Below, one piece after another: positions 44,229 through 54,092 of a DNA stretch of 64,000 nt. Origin of the DNA: Rickettsiales bacterium (GTDB lineage: Bacteria; Pseudomonadota; Alphaproteobacteria; Rickettsiales; UBA3002); NCBI GenBank assembly GCA_046154225.1, contig JBJXEM010000041.1:3411-67410 (forward strand), in the 5' to 3' direction. Numbering within the stretch: position 1 is the first letter of the stretch; each line of letters opens with the position of its first letter. Under the pieces are notes generated by a model, which was not told where the DNA came from, did no database searches, and saw only the letters and a program-made list of their open reading frames with translations. The position numbers were made by a program, and so were the translations under genes.

Positions 44229-45593
44229 ATGCATCCTGTGGAAGAGAAACCTTCACCCGCCGAATCGACCCGTGCCCGTAGCTTGCGCGGAACCATCACC
44301 GTGCCGGGCGACAAATCCATCTCGCACCGCGCGCTCATGCTGGCGTCGCAGGCCATTGGCCATACCGAAATTCATGGCCTGCTGGAAGGCGAAGACGTGT
44401 TGCGCACCGCCGAAGCACTTAAAGCCTGCGGCGTGCCTATCACACGCGATGCCAATGGTGTGTGGCAGGTGGATGGGCTGGGCATCGGTGGCCTGCAAGC
44501 CCCGCAAACCGAACTCGATATGGGCAATGCCGGGACTGCGGCACGGCTGTTGATGGGATTGTTGGCCCCCTACCCCTACCATGTGCGCTTCACCGGTGAT
44601 GCCAGTTTGCGTAAACGCCCCATGCTGCGCGTCATCACCCCGTTGCAGGAAATCGGCGCGCAATTTGAGGCAAGCGATGGCGGACGGCTGCCCCTTACCC
44701 TGCACGGCACCGACATGCCGTTGCCTATCGCCTACACGTTGCCCGTAGCATCCGCCCAGGTAAAATCCGCCGTGCTGCTTGCGGGAATTAACATTCCCGG
44801 CATCACCACGGTGATCGAAAATGAGCCCACCCGCGACCATACCGAGCGGATGTTGGGGTTTTTTGGGGTCGAGGTGGCCTCCTCCCCCCATCGGGGAGGA
44901 GGAGTAAAAATCACCCTCCACGGCCAGCCATCGCAAAAACTGCAAAACCGGGCGTTGCACGTACCTGCCGACCCCTCTTCCGCCGCATTCCCCATTGTGG
45001 CCGCGCTGATAGTGCCGGGTTCTGAAATCACCGTTCAAGGCGTATGCCTGAACCCACTTCGTACCGGATTATTCGCGGTGCTGAAGCGCATGGGGGCCGA
45101 CCTCACCATTCACAACGAACGCGAAGTTGGTGGTGAGCCCGTGGGCGACATCACGGCACGCAGTTCGATTTTGCACGGCGTGGAAGTAGAGGCGCAGATT
45201 GCCCCCTCGATGATTGACGAATACCCCATTCTTGCCGTCGCGGCCGCATTCGCGCAGGGCACCACCACCATGTGCGGCCTTGGCGAATTGCGGGTAAAGG
45301 AAAGCGACCGGCTCGCCGCTATCATCGCAGGCCTCAACGCCAACGGCGCGCACGCGGAAGCGGTCGGCGACGATTTAACCGTGCGCGGTACTGGCCATGC
45401 GCCAACCGGCGGTGGCAATGTTACTACCCATTTCGACCACCGCATCGCCATGAGCTTCCTCGTGATGGGCCTCGCCAGCAAACACGCCGTCACGGTCGAT
45501 GATACCCGCGCCATCGCCACCAGCTTTCCGGGTTTCATGGCTTTAATGGCGGGGCTTGGCGCATCCATTCAACAGCCAAAGGTGGCCGCATGA
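44229..45593 (+). CDS. aroA: 3-phosphoshikimate 1-carboxyvinyltransferase (EPSP synthase)
   Basis: LRGTITVPGDKSISHRALML, LDMGNAGTAARLL and RVKESDRL motifs. Confidence 0.95.
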   Translation: MHPVEEKPSPAESTRARSLRGTITVPGDKSISHRALMLASQAIGHTEIHGLLEGEDVLRTAEALKACGVPITRDANGVWQVDGLGIGGLQAPQTELDMGNAGTAARLLMGLLAPYPYHVRFTGDASLRKRPMLRVITPLQEIGAQFEASDGGRLPLTLHGTDMPLPIAYTLPVASAQVKSAVLLAGINIPGITTVIENEPTRDHTERMLGFFGVEVASSPHRGGGVKITLHGQPSQKLQNRALHVPADPSSAAFPIVAALIVPGSEITVQGVCLNPLRTGLFAVLKRMGADLTIHNEREVGGEPVGDITARSSILHGVEVEAQIAPSMIDEYPILAVAAAFAQGTTTMCGLGELRVKESDRLAAIIAGLNANGAHAEAVGDDLTVRGTGHAPTGGGNVTTHFDHRIAMSFLVMGLASKHAVTVDDTRAIATSFPGFMALMAGLGASIQQPKVAA

Positions 45594-46237
45594 GCTCGAA
45601 AAAACCACTGCTTATCGCCGTTGATGGCCCGGCGGCTTCCGGCAAAGGCACGCTCGCGCGCCGCCTCGCCGACCATTATGGGCTTGGCTACCTTGATACC
45701 GGCAGCCTGTACCGCGCCGCCGCCATGCGGCTGGTCTATGCTGATAAAGACCCAAGCGATGTCGCCGCTGCCATTGCGGCTGCACGCGCCATCACCGCAC
45801 AGGATCTGGCCAACCCCAAACTGCGCGGCGAGCGCATTGGCAAAGCGGCCTCCATCATTTCCGCCATTCCCGAAGTGCGTGAAGCACTGTTTGAATATCA
45901 GCGCAATTTCGCCACCCGGCCCGAGGGCGCCGCGCTCGATGGCCGTGACATCGGCACCGTGATTTGCCCCGAAGCGCCGGTGAAAATTTTTATTACCGCG
46001 AGCCTCGACGCCCGCGCCACCCGCCGCCATCGCCAACTCGAAGATTATGGCGTGAAGGTTGAATACCAGTCGGTCTATGACGATTTAGCCGAACGCGATG
46101 CCCGCGATGCAAGCCGTAGCATAGCCCCGCTCGTTGCAGCGGCGGATGCTGTCACCATCGACACCAGCGCCATGAGTGCGAATGAGGTGTTTGAATGGGC
46201 GTTAAAAATTATTGGTGCGGCCCGAACGGAACCCTAA
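45590..46237 (+). CDS. cmk: Cytidylate kinase
   Basis: IAVDGPAASGKGTLARRLA P-loop, YLDTGSLYR and DGRDIGTV. There is a 4-nt overlap with aroA. Confidence 0.95.
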   Translation: MSSKKPLLIAVDGPAASGKGTLARRLADHYGLGYLDTGSLYRAAAMRLVYADKDPSDVAAAIAAARAITAQDLANPKLRGERIGKAASIISAIPEVREALFEYQRNFATRPEGAALDGRDIGTVICPEAPVKIFITASLDARATRRHRQLEDYGVKVEYQSVYDDLAERDARDASRSIAPLVAAADAVTIDTSAMSANEVFEWALKIIGAARTEP

Positions 46238-46544
46238 TTTTTCCACCACCCTTGCCGGGCTGCGCCGTCGCAGTACCTTTTACGCCTGCCACAGTAAAAT
46301 CTTGGCTGAGATTTAATCCCGTCGAAGGCTGCTGGCTGGGGCAATAATGTCCGCTCGCCTTTGCCTTGCAAGCTTCGGCAGCCTCGCGCGCCGCATCCAT
46401 TACCGATGGCGGAGCCTCCTGCGGCAATGGCACATCTAAAGGCGCTGGCTTGCTGCCACGCATCACGACATCCAGCTTCGCTGCGTCGCTTTTAGGCAGC
46501 TCAATAATCGCGGGTGGCGGCAAAACTGTTTTTTTATCGGCCAT
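46209..46544 (-). CDS. Hypothetical Pro/Ala-rich protein (uncertain)
   Basis: A 111-aa ORF in the cmk-rpsA spacer with moderately coding-like third positions. I recognised no family. It overlaps the cmk 3' end by 29 nt. Confidence 0.3.
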   Translation of the reverse strand: MADKKTVLPPPAIIELPKSDAAKLDVVMRGSKPAPLDVPLPQEAPPSVMDAAREAAEACKAKASGHYCPSQQPSTGLNLSQDFTVAGVKGTATAQPGKGGGKIRVPFGPHQ

Positions 46545-46654
46545 AATTCCTTAACCGGTTCATTTTCCCTTCAAACCAGACGACTATAACACAAAACAGC
46601 GGCCTGTGTGTGACAATCGCGTGAAGCCTTGCATTTAGGGAATGCCAAATTTCC

Positions 46655-46682
46655 TTGCATTTCGTGGCTTGCGGCTTATAAA
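46655..46682 (+). promoter_or_regulatory. Sigma-70-like promoter candidate for rpsA (TTGCAT-16 nt-TATAAA); a second CCTTGCATTT copy lies 26 nt upstream
   Basis: Read directly from the sequence: CCTTGCATTTCGTGGCTTGCGGCTTATAAA. The upstream duplicate CCTTGCATTT is at 46627-46636. Confidence 0.4.
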
Positions 46683-46727
46683 CCCCACTCCCCGCGCGGG
46701 TGTGTGGGGTCGATGCCTCTCGTGAGG

Positions 46728-46844
46728 CGTCATCCTGAACTTGTTTCAGGATCCATCAAAGCGCCGTTTGGCGTGGAAAGACTGAAGTGTTTTTCCGGCG
46801 CAGACGCGCCTTAAGATGGATGCTGAAATGAATTCAGCATGACG
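46728..46844. repeat. MITE-like palindromic element (GTCATCC...GCATGAC variant) in the presumed rpsA leader
   Basis: CGTCATCCTGAACTTGTTTCAGGATCCATC ... GATGGATGCTGAAATGAATTCAGCATGACG, with the internal AAGCGCCGTTTGGCG core shared with other copies. Confidence 0.8.
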
Positions 46845-46904
46845 ATTACGGCGAGTTATCGCGACTTTAACCTCTAACCACGTCCACTTAGGAAATTTAT
46901 TCAC

Positions 46905-48668
46905 ATGGCACAATCGGCAACCGTCCGTAAGGAAGATTTTAAAGACCTCACATTCGACACCAGCGAGAATTTCGCGGATTTGTTTGAAAACAGCGCCTCG
47001 GGCAAGCTCACCGAAGGCAGCGTGGTGAAAGGCACCATCGTTGGCATCGAAAAAGGTCTCGCCATCATCGACGTGGGCCTGAAATCCGAAGGCCGCATCG
47101 ACCTCAAAGAATTCATGGTCGCAGGCCAACCCGCCGAAGTCAAAGTAGGCGATTTGGTAGACGTGTATATCGAGCGCATTGAAAACCGCCACGGCGAAGC
47201 CCAGCTCAGCCGCGAAAAAGCGCTGCGCGAAGAAGGCTGGATAAAACTCGAAGAAATCCACAAAAACCAAACCAAAATCGAAGGCATCATCTTCGGTCGC
47301 GTTAAAGGTGGCTTCACGGTCGACATTAAAGGCGCCGTGGCCTTCCTGCCCGGCAGCCAGGTCGATATTCGTCCGATTAAAGACGTCACCCCGCTGATGC
47401 ATATTCCGCAGCCGTTCCTGATTCTAAAAATGGATCGTCGCCGTGGTAACATCGTGGTGTCGCGCCGCGCCGTGATGGAAGAGTCGCGCGCCGAAGCCCG
47501 TGGCCAGCTGCTCGACAAAATCGCCGAGGGCCAGATCCTCGACGGGATGGTAAAGAACATCACCGATTACGGTGCGTTCATCGATATGGGCGGCGTCGAC
47601 GGCCTGTTGCACGTCACCGATATTTCGTGGAAACGCATCAATCACCCGAGCGAAGTGTTCGCCATCGGCGATTCGGTGCGCGTGATCGTCACCAAGTTTG
47701 ATGCCGACACCAAGCGCATCAGCCTCGGCATGAAGCAGCTCGATTCCAACCCGTGGGAAGGCGTCAGCCATAAATTCACCCCGGGCGCACGCCTCAAGGG
47801 TAAAATCACGAACATCACCGATTACGGTGCGTTCGTGGAACTCGATTCCGGCATCGAAGGCCTCGTGCATGTCAGCGAAATGAGCTGGACCAAAAAGAAC
47901 GTCCACCCCTCCAAACTGGTGCAAGCCGGTCAGGAAGTGGATGTACAGGTGCTCGACGTGGATGCAACCAAACACCGCATTTCGCTTGGCATGAAACAAT
48001 GCATCGACAACCCGTGGAACAGCTTCGCAAGCTCCTTCCATGAGGGCGACATCATCGAAGGTGAAGTGCGCAACATCACCGATTTCGGCCTGTTCGTAGG
48101 CCTGAAAGGTGAAATCGACGGCCTCGTGCACCACAGCGACATCAGCTGGACGGAACCGGGCGAAGAAGCCATCAAAGCCTACAAAAAAGGCGACAAGGTT
48201 TCGGCCCGCATTCTGGTCGTCGACATCGAGAAAGAGCGCATTTCGCTCGGCATCAAGCAGCTGGGCGAAGCCCCGGCAGGCGTCGAGCAGAAAGTCTCGT
48301 CTGCCCACAACAAGGGCGAAGTGCTCACCTGTAAAGTGGTGGCCGTTGACCGCGATGGCATCGAAGTTGAAGTCAGCGAAGGCGTCACCAGCTACATCAA
48401 GCGTAACGACCTCAGCCGCGACCGTCAGGACCAGCGCGCCGAGCGTTTCGCCGTGGGCGATCGCGTCGATGCAAAAGTGCTGAGCACCGACAAGAAAACC
48501 GGCAAAGTCTCGCTCAGCATCAAAGCGCTCGAGCAAGACGCACACAACAAGGCGATCGACGAATACGGTTCCTCGGATTCGGGCGCCACGCTTGGCAACA
48601 TCCTCGGCGCCGCACTGGAAGAAGCCAGCGCAAAACCAAAGAAAACCGCCAAGAAAAAAGCAGAGTAA
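46905..48668 (+). CDS. rpsA: 30S ribosomal protein S1
   Basis: Six S1 repeats (e.g. GMVKNITDYGAFIDMGGVDGLLHVTDISW and GKITNITDYGAFVELDSGIEGLVHVSEMSW). The gene lies in the conserved cmk-rpsA-ihfB neighbourhood. Confidence 0.95.
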   Translation: MAQSATVRKEDFKDLTFDTSENFADLFENSASGKLTEGSVVKGTIVGIEKGLAIIDVGLKSEGRIDLKEFMVAGQPAEVKVGDLVDVYIERIENRHGEAQLSREKALREEGWIKLEEIHKNQTKIEGIIFGRVKGGFTVDIKGAVAFLPGSQVDIRPIKDVTPLMHIPQPFLILKMDRRRGNIVVSRRAVMEESRAEARGQLLDKIAEGQILDGMVKNITDYGAFIDMGGVDGLLHVTDISWKRINHPSEVFAIGDSVRVIVTKFDADTKRISLGMKQLDSNPWEGVSHKFTPGARLKGKITNITDYGAFVELDSGIEGLVHVSEMSWTKKNVHPSKLVQAGQEVDVQVLDVDATKHRISLGMKQCIDNPWNSFASSFHEGDIIEGEVRNITDFGLFVGLKGEIDGLVHHSDISWTEPGEEAIKAYKKGDKVSARILVVDIEKERISLGIKQLGEAPAGVEQKVSSAHNKGEVLTCKVVAVDRDGIEVEVSEGVTSYIKRNDLSRDRQDQRAERFAVGDRVDAKVLSTDKKTGKVSLSIKALEQDAHNKAIDEYGSSDSGATLGNILGAALEEASAKPKKTAKKKAE

Positions 48669-48735
48669 TTTTTCACAAAAATGAAAGGGTCAGCCTCATC
48701 GCTGGCCCTTTTTTGTGCGCAAAACTCTCCACTGG

Positions 48736-48853
48736 CGTCATCCCGGACTTGATCCGGGATCCATCGAAGCGCCGTCTGGCGCGGAAATACTCCCACAGTT
48801 ATATCGGCGCTGATCGCGCCTTCGATGGATGCCGAAACGAGTTCGGCATGACG
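48736..48853. repeat. MITE-like palindromic element (same family)
   Basis: CGTCATCCCGGACTTGATCCGGGATCCATCGAAGCGCCGTCTGGCG ... GATGGATGCCGAAACGAGTTCGGCATGACG. Confidence 0.8.
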
Positions 48854-48921
48854 AGGAACCGCTTGACGAAACCAACCCCGGCTGGCAACCCAGTCGGGGT
48901 CTATTTTTTTGAAAGTGCTTT

Positions 48922-49848
48922 ATGCAACCAACGTCCGATCTGCTCATCGACCGCAAGCGATTAAAAGCCAGCTTGGCCAGTTGGCGTGCCTTGTCGCTAA
49001 TTGTTATTTTCGTTGGCGCGGCGATGTTCGCGACGATGAAATTCGACCATAAGCCCGGCGCATTTGGTGGCGATTACATCGCGCAAATCACCATCGAAGG
49101 CGTGATGACCGACAGCGCCGACCGCGATGAACTCATGAAGCGCATCCTCGAAGACGACCACGCCAAAGCGGTGCTGGTGCGCTTCGATTCCCCCGGCGGC
49201 ACTACCGTCGGCGGTGAAGAAATCACTCGTCAGCTGAATGAAATTCGCAAAAAGAAACCGGTTGTGGGCGTGATGCACACATTGTGCGCCAGTGCCTGCT
49301 TCATGGCCTCACTCGGCACCGATTATGTGGTGGCGCGCAACGGCACACTCACCGGCTCCATCGGCGTGCTGCTGCAAAGCATCGAAATCAGCCGCCTCGT
49401 GGATAAACTGGGCATTACCCCCGTCACCATCAAATCCGGCCTATACAAAGACGTGCCGGATTTGGGCGAGCCCTTTACCGCCGAGCAGCGCAAAGTCGTC
49501 GGTGAAATCGTGACCGACGCCTACGACTTATTCGTCAGCATGATTGTCGAGCGCCGAAAAATGACAGACGCCCGCGTGCGCGAACTGGCCGACGGACGCG
49601 TGTATACCGGCCGCCAAGCATTAAAGCTCGATCTCATTGACGGCATCGGTGGCGACGACGAAGTGCGCGAATGGTTGGCCAAAAACCGTCAGATAGATCC
49701 CAAACTGGAACTGAAGGAAATCAAGCCCGCGCCCAAGGCTGACTCGCTGTTTGAACAGTTGGCGCAATATACCGGCATAAAAATATTTAATCGAAGCGCT
49801 ATCGGGCTTGACGGGCTGGTAAGCATCTGGCATCCTTCGTCCATCTAA
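48922..49848 (+). CDS. sppA: Signal peptide peptidase SppA (36K type)
   Basis: N-terminal TM segment, SPGGTTVGGEEI, and the CASACFMAS / GSIGVL serine-protease segments. Confidence 0.85.
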   Translation: MQPTSDLLIDRKRLKASLASWRALSLIVIFVGAAMFATMKFDHKPGAFGGDYIAQITIEGVMTDSADRDELMKRILEDDHAKAVLVRFDSPGGTTVGGEEITRQLNEIRKKKPVVGVMHTLCASACFMASLGTDYVVARNGTLTGSIGVLLQSIEISRLVDKLGITPVTIKSGLYKDVPDLGEPFTAEQRKVVGEIVTDAYDLFVSMIVERRKMTDARVRELADGRVYTGRQALKLDLIDGIGGDDEVREWLAKNRQIDPKLELKEIKPAPKADSLFEQLAQYTGIKIFNRSAIGLDGLVSIWHPSSI

Positions 49849-49875
49849 TAACACCATGAAATGGCGAGAGAAACG

Positions 49876-50169
49876 ATGACCAAATCGGAACTCATTCAAC
49901 AGCTCAGCAAAAATTATCCGCATTTATACCAGCGCGATATCGAAGTGCTGGTGAACACCATGTTCGAGGAAATAACGAAAGCCTTGGCCGCCGGCAACCG
50001 TGTCGAGCTGCGCGGCTTCGGTGCATTCTCGGTGCGTAAGCGCGAAGCACGCGCCGCCCGCAACCCCAAAAACGGCGCCATGGTAAATGTGGGCGAACGC
50101 CACGCCATCTACTTCCGCACCGGCAAAGAGCTGCGCGAACGCGTCACCGGCGTCATCCCGAAAGAGTAG
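49876..50169 (+). CDS. ihfB: Integration host factor beta subunit
   Basis: MTKSELIQQLS...RVELRGFGAFSVRKREARAARNPKNG...FRTGKELRERV. The longer ORF from 49861 adds 5 residues. Confidence 0.9.
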   Translation: MTKSELIQQLSKNYPHLYQRDIEVLVNTMFEEITKALAAGNRVELRGFGAFSVRKREARAARNPKNGAMVNVGERHAIYFRTGKELRERVTGVIPKE

Positions 50170-50175
50170 CGCCAC

Positions 50176-50469
50176 GTGCTACGCATCTTAGGCACCGTGT
50201 GTTACGCGGCCGCCGCTATTCTCATTCTCCTGTTCATTTTTATGAATCGCGAAACGGTCAGCATTACGCTGATGCCGCTTTCCGCACCTGTGAGTGCCCC
50301 ACTTTACATCGCACTCGCCGCCATGTTTGGCTTAGGTCTGCTCATCGGCCTCATTCACAGCGCGCTGCTCTCACTCAGCTACGGCCGCAAGCTGCGCCGC
50401 CAGACGCGCGCGTTAGAACAGGTGGAGCGCGAACTCAGCCGCCTCGCCCCTCCGGGACCAGCGGCGTGA
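50176..50469 (+). CDS. lapA: LapA/DUF1049-family inner-membrane protein
   Basis: Two TM helices are followed by a basic region and a coiled tail (GRKLRRQTRALEQVERELSRL). It occupies the conserved position after ihfB. The start is GTG. Confidence 0.7.
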   Translation: MLRILGTVCYAAAAILILLFIFMNRETVSITLMPLSAPVSAPLYIALAAMFGLGLLIGLIHSALLSLSYGRKLRRQTRALEQVERELSRLAPPGPAA

Positions 50470-51104
50470 ACCCACTCATCAAAAACTGCGGCCTGAAACA
50501 CCCGACCGAAATCGACGCAGCGCTAGCAAGCGGAGCTGATTTTATCGGTTTCGTACACCACAAAGCCTCGCCGCGCCACGTCACGCGCGAGGCGCTTTTG
50601 CCGCTACTCATGCATGTGGGCACTCACCCGGCGTTAAAGTCGGTCGCCGTGTTAGTCAACCCGCGCGACGATCTGCTCGATGGCATCATGGCTGTCGCCC
50701 AGCCCGATTATTTTCAGCTGCACGACATCGGCAATTTGAAGCGGCTGGCGGAAATTAAGGGACGCTACGGCCTACCCATTATCACCGCAGTCGCCCTCAC
50801 ATCCGCCGATGATCTACGCCATGTCGGCGATGTCGAAATGGCCAGCGACCATGTGTTATTCGACGCCAAAAGCCCTGGCAGCGGCGCGCCGTTCGACTGG
50901 AAATTACTGGCTGAGTGGAAGCCCCTCACCCCCAAAGCATGGTTCCTCTCGGGCGGCTTAACTGCCGCCAATGTGGGTGAAGCACTGCGCATTACCCATG
51001 CCCCCGGCGTCGATGTTTCAAGCGGCATCGAATCCACCCGCGGCATTAAATCGCTCGAAATGATTGCGGCGTTCAATGCGGCTGTGTTAAACGCATCAGC
51101 TTGA
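50466..51104 (+). CDS. trpF: N-(5'-phosphoribosyl)anthranilate isomerase
   Basis: VNPLIKNCGLKHPTEID...GADFIGFVHH..SPR...LSGGL..NV. I chose the GTG at 50466, which gives a GTGA overlap with the lapA stop. The upstream part of the 50199 ORF overlaps lapA. Confidence 0.8.
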   Translation: MNPLIKNCGLKHPTEIDAALASGADFIGFVHHKASPRHVTREALLPLLMHVGTHPALKSVAVLVNPRDDLLDGIMAVAQPDYFQLHDIGNLKRLAEIKGRYGLPIITAVALTSADDLRHVGDVEMASDHVLFDAKSPGSGAPFDWKLLAEWKPLTPKAWFLSGGLTAANVGEALRITHAPGVDVSSGIESTRGIKSLEMIAAFNAAVLNASA

Positions 51105-51110
51105 AACAAT

Positions 51111-51230
51111 GTCATCCTGAACTTGTTTCAGGATCCATCTAAGACGCGATTAGCGTCGGCATGACCTCTTAAAGAGTTCCCGCGCCAGACGGCACGCTTT
51201 AATGGATCCTGAAACACGTTCAGGATGACG
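51111..51230. repeat. MITE-like palindromic element (same family, inverted core) in the trpF-trpB spacer
   Basis: GTCATCCTGAACTTGTTTCAGGATCCATC ... CGCGCCAGACGGCACGCTTTAATGGATCCTGAAACACGTTCAGGATGACG. Confidence 0.8.
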
Positions 51231-51247
51231 CTTAACTTGAGTCGCGA

Positions 51248-52450
51248 ATGACCTTACCTAACACCCTCCCCGACATTCACGGCCATTTCGGCACCTATGG
51301 TGGTCGCTATGTGGCTGAAACGCTGATGCCGTTGATCCTTGAGGTGGAACGCGCCTACCGCGCAATGGATGCCGACCCGGCCTTCCACGCCGAGTTCGAT
51401 TTACTGCTGCGCGATTATGTGGGTCGCCCCAGCCCGCTGTACCTCGCGCAAAGCCTGACGAAACATTTGGGCGGTGCGCAAATTTACTTCAAGCGCGACG
51501 AGCTGAACCACACCGGCGCGCATAAAATCAACAACTGCGTGGGGCAGGCGTTGCTGGCACTACGCATGGGCAAAAAACGCATCATCGCCGAAACCGGCGC
51601 GGGCCAGCATGGCGTCGCAACCGCTACCGTGTGCGCGCGTTTCGGCCTGCAATGCGTGGTCTATATGGGCGCGAAAGACATTGAGCGGCAGAAGCCAAAC
51701 GTGTTCCGCATGAAACTCCTCGGCGCGGAAATCATTCCTGTCACCAGCGGTTCGCAATCGCTGAAAGACGCCATGAACGAAGCCATGCGCGACTGGGTGA
51801 CGAATGTCGACGACACCTATTACCTCATCGGCACCGCCGCCGGGCCGCACCCCTTCCCCATGATGGTGCGCGATTTCCAAAGCGTCATCGGCACCGAAGT
51901 GCGCGCCGAAATGCTGAAACGCACCGGCAAATTGCCCGACATGCTGGTCGCCTGCATCGGCGGCGGCAGCAACGCGATTGGCCTGTTTCACCCGATGATC
52001 GACGATGCATCGGTGAAAATGGTCGGCGTTGAAGCCTCGGGCCACGGCCTGGCTTCGGACAAACACGCGGCCTCCCTCACCAAAGGTACGCCCGGTGTGC
52101 TGCATGGCGCGCGCAGTTATCTGTTGCAGACCGACGACGGACAGGTCGAGGAAGCCCACTCCATTTCCGCCGGGCTCGATTACCCGGGCATTGGCCCCGA
52201 ACATGCGTGGCTGAAGGATTCCGGCCGCGTGGAATATGTGTCTGCCACCGACGACGACGCGCTCGACGCGTTCAAGGTACTGGCGCGCACCGAGGGTATT
52301 TTACCCGCACTCGAGCCCGCGCACGCGCTCGCCGAAGTCATCCGCCGCGCGCCTAAAATGAGTCGCGATGAAACACTGGTCATGAATCTCTGCGGCCGTG
52401 GAGACAAGGATATTTTCACCGTCGCCGAAGCACTCGGGGTGACGTTATGA
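51248..52450 (+). CDS. trpB: Tryptophan synthase beta chain
   Basis: [24 protein letters not shown] (PLP Lys), [10 protein letters not shown] and GGGSNAIG. Confidence 0.95.
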   Translation: MTLPNTLPDIHGHFGTYGGRYVAETLMPLILEVERAYRAMDADPAFHAEFDLLLRDYVGRPSPLYLAQSLTKHLGGAQIYFKRDELNHTGAHKINNCVGQALLALRMGKKRIIAETGAGQHGVATATVCARFGLQCVVYMGAKDIERQKPNVFRMKLLGAEIIPVTSGSQSLKDAMNEAMRDWVTNVDDTYYLIGTAAGPHPFPMMVRDFQSVIGTEVRAEMLKRTGKLPDMLVACIGGGSNAIGLFHPMIDDASVKMVGVEASGHGLASDKHAASLTKGTPGVLHGARSYLLQTDDGQVEEAHSISAGLDYPGIGPEHAWLKDSGRVEYVSATDDDALDAFKVLARTEGILPALEPAHALAEVIRRAPKMSRDETLVMNLCGRGDKDIFTVAEALGVTL

Positions 52451-53238
52451 ACCGCATCGACCGCGCGTTTGCCGCTTGCGCCGCACAAAACACCGCCGCG
52501 TTTATTCCCTTCATCATGGCGGGGGACCCATCGCTGGAAGCCTGCGCCGCACTGCTCGACGCATTACCCGCCGCCGGAGCCGACATCATCGAACTCGGTA
52601 TCCCATTTTCCGACCCCATGGCCGACGGGCCGGTGATTCAGGCAGCTGGCCTGCGCGCCCTTGCAGCGGGCACAACCCTGCATCGCGTACTCGACCTCGT
52701 GCGTAATTTTCGCGAAACCCACACCACCCCGATTGTGCTGATGGGTTACCTCAATCCCGTCTATCGCTACGGCTACGAAGCCTTCGCGCACGATGCAGCG
52801 CAAGCCGGGGTCGACGGCATTATTCTCGTTGATTTACCGCCCGAGGAAGCTGAGGAAATCGAGCCCATACTTAGCGAACAGGGCATTGCGCTGGTGCGCC
52901 TTGTCGCCCCCACCTCGGTGCCCGCGCGCCTGAATAAACTCACCGAACATGCGCGCGGATATCTGTATTACGTGTCCGTCACCGGCATCACCGGGGCTGA
53001 AGCTGCGCCCACCGCGCGCATTGCCGAGCACATCGCCGCCATACGCGCCGTGACTGCCCTGCCGGTCTGCGTCGGTTTCGGCATTAAAACCCCGGCGGAT
53101 GTTGCCGCCATGGCCCCGCTTGCCGATGGTGTCGTGGTGGGTTCTGCCATCGTGCGCCACATTCACGACACGCAGGCCGACATTAACCAGTTTCGAGACT
53201 TTGTCGCGCCGTTAGCGGCCGCCTGTAGGCGTTCCTAA
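52447..53238 (+). CDS. trpA: Tryptophan synthase alpha chain
   Basis: [28 protein letters not shown] and [10 protein letters not shown]. There is a 4-nt overlap with trpB. Confidence 0.95.
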   Translation: MNRIDRAFAACAAQNTAAFIPFIMAGDPSLEACAALLDALPAAGADIIELGIPFSDPMADGPVIQAAGLRALAAGTTLHRVLDLVRNFRETHTTPIVLMGYLNPVYRYGYEAFAHDAAQAGVDGIILVDLPPEEAEEIEPILSEQGIALVRLVAPTSVPARLNKLTEHARGYLYYVSVTGITGAEAAPTARIAEHIAAIRAVTALPVCVGFGIKTPADVAAMAPLADGVVVGSAIVRHIHDTQADINQFRDFVAPLAAACRRS

Positions 53239-53988
53239 ACTTTCGCGCAGCCCCGCACTGGCTTTGCCATGCACCTGTTCGGGTGGCTCGATTTTTTCAC
53301 GAAGCCCGCGCAGCACACCTGCAAGCAACGCCGAAATCGCGGCCTCAGGGTTGGCATTGGCGCAGGGCACGCGGTGCTCGATGCGTTTGTGGTACGGGTC
53401 CTCGATCGCGGGAATTCGCAGGGCGCAGCTACGATTATTCACCCCCCAACCGGCGATTTTTGGCACATGGTCGGGGTCATCAAGTCGAATGAAATCCGTT
53501 TCGTCCGGAAAAAATACGGCCAAGTCGGTGGGTAAATTTGCGAGCATCCCGCCGAGGCTCCAGCGCAGCGCATCGCTTGTCCATTCCTCGGTTTTATGGA
53601 AGACATTCACCCCTGCGTCATCCGCCAGATGCACATGCAGGTGCAACCCGCTTGACGGCTGTGCCGCGTAGGGCTTGGCGGCAAAACTCGCCGCGACACC
53701 CATGCGCTCGGCTTGCTCGGTCACCCATGCGCGCATCGTGCGCAGCGTGGCTTCCAGTTGCAATGGCGTGGTGATGCCTGTCACCAGCTCGAACTGAAAA
53801 TCGCCCCGCTCTTTTTCGATGCGCAACAACGGGTGCGAAGCTTCGCGCAGCGCATCGTGAATAGGTTTCCAGAAAGCGTCGAGGCGTTCGTCGGTCAGTT
53901 CGCCGAGCAAAACATAACACTCGATTTCCGCCGCCATCACTGGCGTGAGGCCGAATTCATTTTGCAAATTTTGTATAATCTCTTGCAT
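53212..53988 (-). CDS. Minimal glutamine-synthetase-fold ligase (catalytic-domain-only, 258 aa)
   Basis: GS catalytic motifs appear in order: AAEIECYV (ExE), ERGDFQFEL, SGLHLHVHL, NRSCALRIP and RIEHRVPCANANPEAAISALLAG. There is no N-terminal beta-grasp domain. The 3' end overlaps trpA by 27 nt (convergent). Confidence 0.6.
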   Translation of the reverse strand: MQEIIQNLQNEFGLTPVMAAEIECYVLLGELTDERLDAFWKPIHDALREASHPLLRIEKERGDFQFELVTGITTPLQLEATLRTMRAWVTEQAERMGVAASFAAKPYAAQPSSGLHLHVHLADDAGVNVFHKTEEWTSDALRWSLGGMLANLPTDLAVFFPDETDFIRLDDPDHVPKIAGWGVNNRSCALRIPAIEDPYHKRIEHRVPCANANPEAAISALLAGVLRGLREKIEPPEQVHGKASAGLRESLGTPTGGR

Positions 53989-54087
53989 CGTCGTTGCGAG
54001 CGTAGCGAAGCAAAACAGCTTCTAAAAGAAATAATTGCTTGCAACGTAGCACTCTGGATTGCCGCGGCCCGAAGGGTCGCAATGACG
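53989..54087. repeat. MITE-like palindromic element (third type, CGTC[G/A]TTGCGA termini) abutting the GS-like start codon
   Basis: CGTCGTTGCGAGCGTAGCGAAGCAA ... GGATTGCCGCGGCCCGAAGGGTCGCAATGACG. It fills almost the whole trxA/GS-like spacer. Confidence 0.7.
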
Positions 54088-54092
54088 TAGAT

